A stretch of 32,000 nucleotides of DNA from an uncultured Chloroflexia bacterium (GTDB lineage: Bacteria > Chloroflexota > Ktedonobacteria > Ktedonobacterales > JADMIN01), in assembly GCA_963718915.1 (NCBI GenBank), contig CAVRAI010000015.1, forward strand, positions 750,001-782,000, written 5' to 3'. A program made the position numbers and the translations under genes. How positions within the stretch are numbered: position 1 is the first letter of the stretch; each line of letters begins with the position of its first letter. The notes beneath the pieces are model-generated. The model was not told where the DNA came from and made no database searches. It saw only the letters and a program-made list of their open reading frames with translations. Positions 8,155-15,779 of this stretch are shown here, piece after piece.

Positions 8155-8880
8155 ATGCGCTCCACCAAACGTACGGTGATTATCTGGTCGTTCTGGGCCG
8201 TTCTATTCCTGCTGATAGCATTGGCGCCATATGTCGCCGTGAAGATTGGGTCAGAGGACGCGGCGTTTTTTAGTGCCTTCGTGACGCCGCTGTTTCTGGC
8301 GGCGAGTGAGATCGCGGGCATTCGGGCGTTAGCGGCGGGTAGTCGTGTCACATCTGTAGGGAAACGCCGGGTTCTTGTCTGGTCGCTCATCTTCGTCGCC
8401 TCTGTGCTGGCAGGGCTGCTCATGCTGGTTGGCTCATTCCTCGTCTCCGCGACCCCCTATTGCACGAATGTGCTGACCGCCGAGGCATGCGCGCAGACTC
8501 TTGGGCTCCCAGCCTACTTCAGCATGGGAGTGTTCACTGCTGTGAGCGTCCTCGCGGTCTTCGTCGCGCCGATTCTCGCGCTGTTCGACGCTGCCAGGAG
8601 CGGTAAATGGCTCTGGTTCTTGGTCGTGTTTGTCGTGTTGCTCGGCTCGCTGGCAGCCTCAATCCTCGTCATTCTTCCGCTCGGAAGGAACGCGCTCGCG
8701 GTCTTCACGTCCAAAGAGTGGGTCGTGATGCTCCGTATTGTTTCGCCGCTGCTGCTGCCATTTGTCGCACTGCTCTACAGCCTCAGTGGGCGCGAGCGTC
8801 CCAAGAGGCGCAAGACGCTGGGCAGTGACGAGGCATGGTACGGCACGCTAGTCTCCACTGACCGAGCGCCGCACAGCTAG
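8155..8880 (+). CDS. Hypothetical integral membrane protein (about 6-7 TM)
   Basis: The ORF is rich in hydrophobic segments with a basic C-terminal tail (RERPKRRK). I chose ATG 8155 (GAGGTG 5 nt upstream). The maximal ORF starts at GTG 8014, and third-position GC does not discriminate between them, so the start is uncertain. Confidence 0.6.
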   Translation: MRSTKRTVIIWSFWAVLFLLIALAPYVAVKIGSEDAAFFSAFVTPLFLAASEIAGIRALAAGSRVTSVGKRRVLVWSLIFVASVLAGLLMLVGSFLVSATPYCTNVLTAEACAQTLGLPAYFSMGVFTAVSVLAVFVAPILALFDAARSGKWLWFLVVFVVLLGSLAASILVILPLGRNALAVFTSKEWVVMLRIVSPLLLPFVALLYSLSGRERPKRRKTLGSDEAWYGTLVSTDRAPHS

Positions 8881-8909
8881 CCGGTTCAATGCTGGTGAAA
8901 ATTCGCGAA

Positions 8910-9599
8910 CTAGCCATTGCGGCTTGCTCGCCATACTGAGAGCCGCTCCAGCGCACGCGCAAGCAGTTGTTGGTGGGCGGGATCGTTTAGCCAGCGACTG
9001 ACGCCGGAGGGGTGGGGCAGTGGCATGAGCAATACGCCATTTTGCTCGAACGTCTCGCCGATGGCATCCTCCAGTCGTTGCGGCCCCAGAAACGCGGCGA
9101 TGGCCATCCCGCCGACCGGTAGAATGACCTGCGGGCGCACCAGCTCCAGCTCGCGCAGCAGATAGGGGCGGCAGAGCGCCAGCTCAGGTGGGGTGGGCTT
9201 GCGGTCGCCAGTGCCGCGCGGATTCTTGCCGGGATCGCAGCGGGTCAGCGCCGAGAGATAGACCTTGCGATGGAGCGCGCCCGCGGCAAATCCAGCCTGC
9301 TGCAGCCAGCGGTCGAGGATTATGCCGCCTGGCCCGGCGAATGGTATGCCGCGCTCGACCGAGAGATGTCCCGGCGCCTGCCCCACCACCATCACCGCGT
9401 CGCCGATGCGGCCGCGGGTTGCGCCGACGGTATTGGCCTGTGCTAGATAGCCCGCCATCACGCACTTCTCGCAGATGCGTATCTCATCGTGCAATTCGGC
9501 CAGCTGCCGGACGCGCCGGGCGTAGTTGTCTTCTCTGGCCAGCGGCGGCGGTACGGAGATGATTGGCGGCAGGGATGACGATGGATTGCGTTTATTCAT
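8910..9599 (-). CDS. Uracil-DNA glycosylase superfamily protein (family 4/5-like, probable 4Fe-4S)
   Basis: Motif A variant VMVVGQAPGHLSVERGIPFAGPGG and motif B LPHPSGVSRW are present. Four Cys residues (CEKC, TRCDP, LALCRP) are spaced as in Fe-S UDGs. The first ATG is at 9599; the maximal ORF starts at TTG 9617. Confidence 0.8.
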   Translation of the reverse strand: MNKRNPSSSLPPIISVPPPLAREDNYARRVRQLAELHDEIRICEKCVMAGYLAQANTVGATRGRIGDAVMVVGQAPGHLSVERGIPFAGPGGIILDRWLQQAGFAAGALHRKVYLSALTRCDPGKNPRGTGDRKPTPPELALCRPYLLRELELVRPQVILPVGGMAIAAFLGPQRLEDAIGETFEQNGVLLMPLPHPSGVSRWLNDPAHQQLLARALERLSVWRASRNG

Positions 9600-9647
9600 G
9601 TGGGAGAACACGCGCAAACATGAACCACATCACTCATATCAAGCATA

Positions 9648-10175
9648 TCAGTCTTCCGCTGGGTCTTTGATTCTCGGATATTTGCCGCGATGGTAGAGCA
9701 GCGGGCGGCCCTCGCCGCGACCGAGCGCCTCGACATGGCCGACGATGATACTGTGGTCGCCGCCGGGGTAGACATTGACAATGCGGCAGTCGATCCAGCC
9801 GAGCGAGTGATCGAGTACCGGCGCGCCTGTGACGGCGGTATGTGAGGGAGCATCGCAGAAGTTGCGGCGCGCAGTGGAATGTCCGGCGAAGCACTTGCAC
9901 AGATCAAGCTGATCCTCACCGAGCACATTCACGGCGAAGTAGCCATTGCGCAGCATCACTTGATGCAAGTAGGATGTTTTCTCGATGCAGACAAGGATGA
10001 GGGGAGGGTCGAGCGAGACGGACGAGAAGGCGTTGACGGTAATACCGAGGCGATGCTCGCCATCGCAGGTGGTGACAACGGTCACACCAGTCGCAAATCG
10101 CCCTAGCACCTTGCGAAAATCCGCCTGGCCGGCTTCCATCGTCTCGTCGTCTTCTCTCTGCTTCGGAGTTATCAT
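9648..10175 (-). CDS. Flavin reductase family protein (FMN-binding split barrel, HpaC/NADH:flavin oxidoreductase-like)
   Basis: FRKVLGRFATGVTVVTT..GITVNAFSSVSLDPPLILVCI is the flavin-reductase-like domain signature. ATG 10175 has a GAGGA SD 5 nt upstream. The longer ORF, extending to 10241, adds an implausible N-terminus. Confidence 0.85.
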   Translation of the reverse strand: MITPKQREDDETMEAGQADFRKVLGRFATGVTVVTTCDGEHRLGITVNAFSSVSLDPPLILVCIEKTSYLHQVMLRNGYFAVNVLGEDQLDLCKCFAGHSTARRNFCDAPSHTAVTGAPVLDHSLGWIDCRIVNVYPGGDHSIIVGHVEALGRGEGRPLLYHRGKYPRIKDPAED

Positions 10176-10254
10176 GCGCGTCCTCGTAGTCCAGTATACT
10201 TCCAATAGGAAAGTATATGCGCAGCGTAAAGCGCGCGGCAACTGGCCAATGGGT

Positions 10255-10298
10255 CAGCATGAGGACAGCATGAGGACAGCATGAGGACAGCATGAGGA
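10255..10298 (+). repeat. Perfect tandem repeat (CAGCATGAGGA) x4
   Basis: Read directly: units at 10255-10265, 10266-10276, 10277-10287 and 10288-10298 are identical. Each carries an ATG and a GAGGA, and the last ATG (10292) opens the downstream 260-codon ORF. Confidence 0.97.
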
Positions 10299-11074
10299 GA
10301 GAAACCGTGGCGGTAGATGTTACGCGCCTGGTTCCGGAGGCTCAGCACATCGCGGCTCGTGTCGCCGCCGTCTATCTGGAGCATACCGCGCCATGGTTCG
10401 TGGGGCTGCTAGCCCACGGCAGCGCCTACAAGGGCGGCTATATCGCGGGGTGCAGCGACATCGACTTCCAGCTCTACCTCGATCCCGCCGCGTTTACGCC
10501 AGCGAGCACGCTGCCCCTGCCGCTGCTCACCGCCATCCACCACGACCTCGCGCCGATTGATCCATCGCCATTTCGCTATGTCCAGTGTTACGCGCTGCCC
10601 TGCGCCACACCGCCGGGACAGACGCCGCCGGTACCCGGCGCATACGCCCTGTTGGCCGGGAGATTACCAGTCGCCGAGGCGACCAGCGCGCAACTATACG
10701 ACTCCGCACGCCTGGCGCTTGCCCGTTTAGAACCGCTCTCGCGTTCGCTGGCATCGGAGTTAACGTCATGTGGTGGGGAGCGTCTGCAACAGAAAACGCG
10801 CCTGCTCTGCACCGAGGTCTGGCCAACGCTCTATTACATTGCGACGCTTCAGCGCGGCGATCCTATTGCCATCTGGAACCTGCCCAAGCAGGATGTTATT
10901 GCGCTGTTGCCGCCAGATTCGGAGATTTGCGGTGCGATTCGCGCATTCTATGCCGCTGTACGTGACTACTATCCCGACGAGGCGACAGTGGAAGGCAGAC
11001 TAGCTGTCATTGAGTGCGGCGTCGCATTCCTGTACGCCGCACAGGCCTGGTGGGCTGAGCAGCAAAAGCCGTGA
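10292..11074 (+). CDS. Nucleotidyltransferase-fold protein, ANT(3'')/AadA-like in length and N-terminal layout
   Basis: The NTase motif hGS-x10-SDIDF is present (LLAHGSAYKGGYIAGCSDIDFQLYL). The N-terminus MRRETVAVDV.. and the 260-aa length recall AadA (MREAVIAEV.., about 260 aa, as I remember it). GAGGA lies 4 nt upstream of ATG 10292. An alternative start is GTG 10306. Confidence 0.7.
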   Translation: MRRETVAVDVTRLVPEAQHIAARVAAVYLEHTAPWFVGLLAHGSAYKGGYIAGCSDIDFQLYLDPAAFTPASTLPLPLLTAIHHDLAPIDPSPFRYVQCYALPCATPPGQTPPVPGAYALLAGRLPVAEATSAQLYDSARLALARLEPLSRSLASELTSCGGERLQQKTRLLCTEVWPTLYYIATLQRGDPIAIWNLPKQDVIALLPPDSEICGAIRAFYAAVRDYYPDEATVEGRLAVIECGVAFLYAAQAWWAEQQKP

Positions 11075-11192
11075 GGTGCGCTGATGGTAGCGATTGAGGA
11101 TTCTCGGCAAGTTGTACAGAGTCACCTGCTTCAAGCGTCAGGAAGAGAGCGGTCTGTCGAGTGCGGCGCTGTCAACGGGAAGGAGGTGCGGC

Positions 11193-11738
11193 TTGCTGCG
11201 GAATACTTCGCCATCCTATGTAGCATCACGGCATTTGCTCTGGCTCGTCGCTGTATTGCTGCTGCTGGTCGGTACAATACTGGCGGCGTGCGGGGTGACT
11301 CCAGCGGGGCAACGGACGACGCTTTCCGGCGCCGTTTCTACGGTAGTTCCGACGGAGACCCCAACTCTCGTGGTCCCTACAAATACCGCGCAACCAACGG
11401 TTGCCGTGATACCAAAATCGTCTCTACCGACTCTGGCTCCGGCGGCTGGATGGCACACCGTCCTCACATTGAGCGATACGACGGGCGCCCATGGCGATGA
11501 CATCGCGGAGCAGAGCTTCATCGCCAGCAAAACGTACGTCATTCTCTATAGCTGCAAAGGGAGCGGCGCGCTCAAAGTCCTGTATCCAGGGACAATAGAT
11601 GGCGCTGAGTGTACGGGGATCCCCAAGATTCATCGCACCGAGACGATCATTCCAGCGCATCCCGGCGACCAGGCGTTCGTCACTGCCTCGCCAGGTGGCA
11701 CGATAATCTGGGAGCTACTCGTCGCGATGAAGGACTGA
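11193..11738 (+). CDS. Hypothetical lipoprotein
   Basis: TTG 11193 is preceded by GGAAGGAGG (6-nt spacer). This gives the signal peptide MLRNTSPSYVASRHLLWLVAVLLLLVGTILAAC with the lipobox LAAC, followed by a Thr/Pro/Val linker and a small Cys-containing domain. The maximal ORF starts at 11094. Confidence 0.6.
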   Translation: MLRNTSPSYVASRHLLWLVAVLLLLVGTILAACGVTPAGQRTTLSGAVSTVVPTETPTLVVPTNTAQPTVAVIPKSSLPTLAPAAGWHTVLTLSDTTGAHGDDIAEQSFIASKTYVILYSCKGSGALKVLYPGTIDGAECTGIPKIHRTETIIPAHPGDQAFVTASPGGTIIWELLVAMKD

Positions 11739-11742
11739 CGCC

Positions 11743-12309
11743 TCATGCCTCAGGGGAGATGCGCTTCTTCATGAATACCGCGACCTCGCCGCGCTCGATG
11801 TCTTCGTTGGTGTAGAGCGAGACATCCACCGCGTCAACGGTGAAGCCGAGCGCGCGATAGAAGCGGATCGCGGGTACGTTGGTGCTCTGCGTCTCGCAGG
11901 CGATGCAACGCATCCCCTCGGCGCGGGCGTGGGCCTCTACGGCGCCCATCAGCGCGCGGCCAATGCCTTGCCCCTGGAACTCCGGTGTGACATGGAACTC
12001 CCAGACAGCGAGGCTGTTGTTCCAGCGCTGCGGTTCGCAGAGGGCGATGCCAACGCACGTCTCGCCATCGAACGCGCCGAACGACTGGCCCGCCGCCGCG
12101 AGGTCACGGTAGCGCTCAATCTCAGATGAACCGAGCGGCGGGTAGCGCTTGACGAACGGCTGCTCCAGCGAGGTGAGCCGTAGCTCGAAGCGGATCGAGT
12201 CGGGCGTCTCTTCTCTGGTCACCCGGTATATCTCGGTCGATGTGTAGCCAGTGATGAGGCGTTCGAGCAACGTTGCGTCTATACTGGATAGCGGGCGAAT
12301 AACGGCCAT
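11743..12309 (-). CDS. GNAT family N-acetyltransferase, streptothricin-acetyltransferase-like architecture
   Basis: The acetyl-CoA motif QGQGIGRALMGAVEAHARAEG, NVPAIRFYRALGF and the C-terminal DVSLYTN..GEVAVFM are present. The N-terminal part (ITGYTSTEIYRVT..FELRL..VKRYP) matches the layout I remember for SatA/STAT enzymes. ATG 12309 has an AGGAGG SD 6 nt upstream. Confidence 0.8.
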   Translation of the reverse strand: MAVIRPLSSIDATLLERLITGYTSTEIYRVTREETPDSIRFELRLTSLEQPFVKRYPPLGSSEIERYRDLAAAGQSFGAFDGETCVGIALCEPQRWNNSLAVWEFHVTPEFQGQGIGRALMGAVEAHARAEGMRCIACETQSTNVPAIRFYRALGFTVDAVDVSLYTNEDIERGEVAVFMKKRISPEA

Positions 12310-12368
12310 ATTGCGCCTCCTGATGCAGTATGTCATGTGTCAGAGTCTCGCCGTAAGGAACACCTGAT

Positions 12369-12941
12369 ATGCGCCGACTGTGCCTCATTCGCCATGCCGC
12401 GCCCGCAAAGGAACGCGCCGCGCCAGCGCGCGAATGGGCGCTCTCGCCATCTGGCCGCGCCGACGCCGAACGGCTGGCGGAGATGCTGGCGCCCTTTGCG
12501 CCAACAGCGATTATCGCCAGCGATGAGCTGAAAGCCCAACAGACCGTGCAGCCGCTGGCCGACCGCCTGGGGCTGGCGGTGGAGGTGATAGCGGATCTGC
12601 ATGAGCACGAGCGCCGCACTGTCGGCTATCTGGACGACGCGACATTTCAGGCGACGATGGCGCGCTTCTTTGCCGAGCCGGATGCGCTCGTCTTTGGTGA
12701 GGAGACGGCCAGCCAGGCGCTTGCGCGCTTCTCGCGGGCGGTCGAAGATACGCTGGCGCGCCATCCCGACGGGGATATTGCCATCGTCACCCACGGCACG
12801 GTGATGAGCCTCTTCGTCGCCGCGCACAGTATCATCAAGCCGATGGACTTCTGGTGGCATCTCCACCTGCCCGCGTGGGTGATCTTCACCGTCCCGGACT
12901 TTACGCTGCTCGATGCGCACATGCAGCTGCCGGAAGCGTGA
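12369..12941 (+). CDS. Histidine phosphatase family (phosphoglycerate-mutase-like) protein
   Basis: The N-terminal LCLIRHAAP (RHG-type catalytic His motif) and the distal IAIVTHGTVM motif are present. An AAGGAA SD lies 8 nt upstream. Confidence 0.85.
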   Translation: MRRLCLIRHAAPAKERAAPAREWALSPSGRADAERLAEMLAPFAPTAIIASDELKAQQTVQPLADRLGLAVEVIADLHEHERRTVGYLDDATFQATMARFFAEPDALVFGEETASQALARFSRAVEDTLARHPDGDIAIVTHGTVMSLFVAAHSIIKPMDFWWHLHLPAWVIFTVPDFTLLDAHMQLPEA

Positions 12942-13004
12942 CATGCCCGGCAATCGCGCGTACAATCTGGGAAAGCGAATCGGCGGATTTCCAGGAGGAG
13001 AGCG

Positions 13005-13757
13005 ATGACGAACGCGCCAGATGCCCCCTATGACGCGATTGCCGAATGGTACGATGAGTATGTGCGCACAGAGCCGCTACTCGCTGAGGTAGTCATTCCG
13101 GCCACACTGCGGCTGATCGAGGAGGCTGGACCCCTGCGAGACGCCATCGTCTGCGATTTTGCGTGCGGCCAGGGGATCGTCGCGCGCGCGCTGGCGCTCC
13201 GGGGCGCGCATGTCACGGGCATTGATATTTCCGAGCGATTACTCGCACTTGCCCGCAGCCAGCCGGTCGCGGCGCCGCATGCCATCAGCTGGCGGCACGA
13301 TGATGCGCAGGCCGGTCGTACTCTGGCTGATGTCAGCTTCGACGGCGTAGTCTGTAATATGGCGCTGATGGATATTCCCGATCTCACTGCGGCGCTACAG
13401 ACCGTCGCGCGTATCTTGCGGCCTGGCGGCTGGTTTGTCTTCTCGATAACACATCCCTGCATTCAGATGCCCGATTCCGCCTGGATGACGCGGCCCGATG
13501 GCGCTACCATTCGTGGCACGGGCGACTATTTCGCCGAAGGGTTCTGGCAGCCAGCGGGCGCGCCTGGCGTCCGTGGGCGTGTAGGCGCGCACCATCGCAC
13601 GCTCAGCAGCTATCTCAACGCGCTTGGCGATGCCGGGCTGCGTGTGGAGCGTATCGCCGAACCACTGGCCACCCCGGCGCTCATCGAGCGGATGCCCGGC
13701 TATCGCTGGCTGCCTCCGGCTTTGCTGTCACGTTGTCGAAAGCGGGATAGCGCCTGA
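13005..13757 (+). CDS. Class I SAM-dependent methyltransferase
   Basis: Motif I VCDFACGQGIVARAL, post-I GIDIS and motif III LRPGGWFVFSI are present. An AGGAGG SD lies upstream of the ATG. Confidence 0.9.
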   Translation: MTNAPDAPYDAIAEWYDEYVRTEPLLAEVVIPATLRLIEEAGPLRDAIVCDFACGQGIVARALALRGAHVTGIDISERLLALARSQPVAAPHAISWRHDDAQAGRTLADVSFDGVVCNMALMDIPDLTAALQTVARILRPGGWFVFSITHPCIQMPDSAWMTRPDGATIRGTGDYFAEGFWQPAGAPGVRGRVGAHHRTLSSYLNALGDAGLRVERIAEPLATPALIERMPGYRWLPPALLSRCRKRDSA

Positions 13758-13783
13758 CCGGGCCTGGCCAGCGGACGATTGAT

Positions 13784-13818
13784 TTGCGATTCTCAGCAAT
13801 AATTCGTATACTGAGAAT
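13784..13818 (+). promoter_or_regulatory. Candidate promoter TTGCGA-N17-TATACT overlapped by an 8-bp-arm inverted repeat
   Basis: TTGCGA at 13784-13789 and TATACT at 13807-13812 lie in an AT-rich patch. The inverted repeat is ATTCTCAG (13789-13796) / CTGAGAAT (13811-13818). No T-tract follows, so it is not an obvious intrinsic terminator. Confidence 0.35.
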
Positions 13819-13844
13819 GGAATATGCCAGTGCCGCAGTAGGTG

Positions 13845-15146
13845 ATGAACACCCGCCAGATGCGATGTAGGGTCGTGTGCAAGAGCAGGACGGGGTTGCA
13901 GCATCGGTTCGGCTGGGTGAAAGGTTGGATGGGGATGGCCAAGGGCCGGGGAGCGGCCGATCTTGACGCGGGCTATCGTGGGACGAGCGCGCCGCCAGTG
14001 GTGGCCCCTGAGTGGCGAAGTCGGCTGTACATTGATCGTCCATCGGATTTGCGCGAGCTTGCCAAGACACTGAGCAAGGCCGCCGTACTTGCTATTGACG
14101 CTGAGTTCGTGCAATTGCGCATCCACCATCCGGGCGATCCCGCTCATCGTCTCTCGCTCCTCCAGTTCGCTATCGACGACGACCACCGCACCTCGTGGGT
14201 CGTTGACGCGCTCCGTCTCTATGATCTCTCGCCACTGCGTGATCCCCTTGAGTCGGTGGGGACTCTCAAACTGTTCCATGGTATCAGCGCCGATGCGCGC
14301 ATGCTCGCTACGCGCGGTCTGGTTGCCCGCCATTACGTTGACCTCGAAGCCGTCAGTCGCTCGATCTTTGGCCAGAGCGAGTCTGGCTTGCAGGCGATGC
14401 TGCTGCGTGCTTGCGGAGTGCGGCTGGATAAGAGTCTGCAGCGCGCGGATTGGGGCAGGCGTCCGCTGACGACTTCAATGGTAGCCTATGCCGCGCGCGA
14501 TGCGCAGATGACGTATGTGCTCTACGGCTGGCTCAGCGATAACTATCCCTGGGCGTTGAATCTCCACGAGGTTGCCGCCGACGAGACCGCACTGTCAGTA
14601 GCGGAGTGGCTGCGCCCGTTCCTGGAAAGCAGCCGGGGCAGGTCGGTCGAGATGGCGGTGGCGGAGGCGGGCCTGAGTGGCAAGACGCAGATTGTGACCC
14701 GCGACCTGCGCTCCGCGCTGGCGATTGCGCGCCATCCAGCGGAGCGCACGCGCCTCTTCCGAATCATTGGCGAGTTGGGGCTGAAGGGGATGGCCGATGA
14801 TCTGCGCCCATATCTAGCGTCGCAGGCCTCCGAGGAACGCGCTACAGCCACCAGAGCGCTTGGACGTCTGCACGACGCCGACGCACGGCCAACGTTGCAG
14901 TCTCTGACGCATGATCCGGTCGAGGATGTGCGTCTGGCGGCGCAACACGCGCTGGAGCATCGCGCGTCTGCTGCGGCGAGCAAGGTGGTGATGCGTGAAG
15001 GTGGCGCGGGCGAACCGAAGCGCTGGACATCGGTTGGCGACGACGAGGGTGAAGGCGATTCCCCGACGGCGGATGACTGGCGGGCGGCATTGCGCAGACG
15101 GTTCGGCGAGGTTGGCGGCGTTGAGGACGACGGCTCCGGCAAATAA
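13845..15146 (+). CDS. 3'-5' exonuclease (RNase D / DEDDy family) fused to C-terminal HEAT-like repeats
   Basis: Exo I AVLAIDAEF, Exo II LFHGISADARML and Exo III YAARDAQMTY are present. The C-terminus has RALGRLHDADARPTLQSLTHDPVEDVRLAAQHAL (PBS-lyase/HEAT-like). The start is uncertain: high third-position GC from 13845 favours the long form, while ATG 13929 (AAAGG 4 nt upstream) is the alternative. Confidence 0.8.
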   Translation: MNTRQMRCRVVCKSRTGLQHRFGWVKGWMGMAKGRGAADLDAGYRGTSAPPVVAPEWRSRLYIDRPSDLRELAKTLSKAAVLAIDAEFVQLRIHHPGDPAHRLSLLQFAIDDDHRTSWVVDALRLYDLSPLRDPLESVGTLKLFHGISADARMLATRGLVARHYVDLEAVSRSIFGQSESGLQAMLLRACGVRLDKSLQRADWGRRPLTTSMVAYAARDAQMTYVLYGWLSDNYPWALNLHEVAADETALSVAEWLRPFLESSRGRSVEMAVAEAGLSGKTQIVTRDLRSALAIARHPAERTRLFRIIGELGLKGMADDLRPYLASQASEERATATRALGRLHDADARPTLQSLTHDPVEDVRLAAQHALEHRASAAASKVVMREGGAGEPKRWTSVGDDEGEGDSPTADDWRAALRRRFGEVGGVEDDGSGK

Positions 15147-15176
15147 TGTGGCTGGCATCCCACGAAAGGGCGGCGT

Positions 15177-15740
15177 GTGACCGAGCGGAGCGAACGCGAG
15201 AAGATGCTGGCAGGCGAACTCTACGACGCCAGCGATACGCTGTTGTCGGCGGCACGGCTGCGCGCCCGCCACTTGACACGCCGTTACAACCAGTCACGCG
15301 AGGATGAAGACGATCTGCGCGCGTCGCTCCTGCGGGAGCTATTGGGTGCGATGGGCAGTCAGGTGACTATCGAGCCGCCGTTCTACTGCGACTACGGCGA
15401 ACATATCTCTATCGGCGAAAACTTCTTCATGAACTTCGGCGGCATCATCCTCGACTGCAATGTGGTGCGCATCGGCGCGAATGTGCAGTGCGGCCCCTCG
15501 GTGCAGTTGCTCGCCGCGACCCATCCACTCGCGGCGGCGGAACGTATCGCTGGGCCGGAGCTTTCGGCGCCAATCACCATTGGTGATAACGTCTGGCTCG
15601 GCGGCGGCGTGATCGTCTGCCCCGGCGTCACCATCGGCGCGAACACGACGATTGGCGCGGGCAGTGTCGTCACCCGCGATATTCCCGCCAACGTCTTCGC
15701 TGCGGGCAACCCCTGCCGTGTCATTCGCGCGCTGGAATAG
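15177..15740 (+). CDS. maa: Maltose/galactoside O-acetyltransferase family (left-handed beta-helix, hexapeptide repeats)
   Basis: The N-terminus MTERSEREKMLAGELYDASDTLLSAARLRARHLTRRYNQS parallels the Maa N-terminal domain. Hexapeptide repeats follow (IGDNVWLGGGVIVCPGVTIGANTTIGAGSVV). GTG start with GAAAGGG upstream. Confidence 0.88.
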   Translation: MTERSEREKMLAGELYDASDTLLSAARLRARHLTRRYNQSREDEDDLRASLLRELLGAMGSQVTIEPPFYCDYGEHISIGENFFMNFGGIILDCNVVRIGANVQCGPSVQLLAATHPLAAAERIAGPELSAPITIGDNVWLGGGVIVCPGVTIGANTTIGAGSVVTRDIPANVFAAGNPCRVIRALE

Positions 15741-15779
15741 GCAGGTGGATTCAGTCGTCCGCGAAGAGTCTTATCTCCG

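Noticed and set aside
10255-10298. Phase variation by frame shifting, because the 11-nt repeat unit is not a multiple of three.
   Set aside because: The main ORF starts inside the last unit, so gain or loss of units does not change its reading frame. Any effect would be on leader mini-ORF number and on promoter or SD spacing, not an on/off frameshift.
10292-12309. Integron or transposon-borne resistance cassette (an aadA plus sat-like pair).
   Set aside because: There is no integrase, no attC-like imperfect inverted repeats and no terminal repeats. The genes are on opposite strands with their own SD sites, and their composition matches the surroundings.
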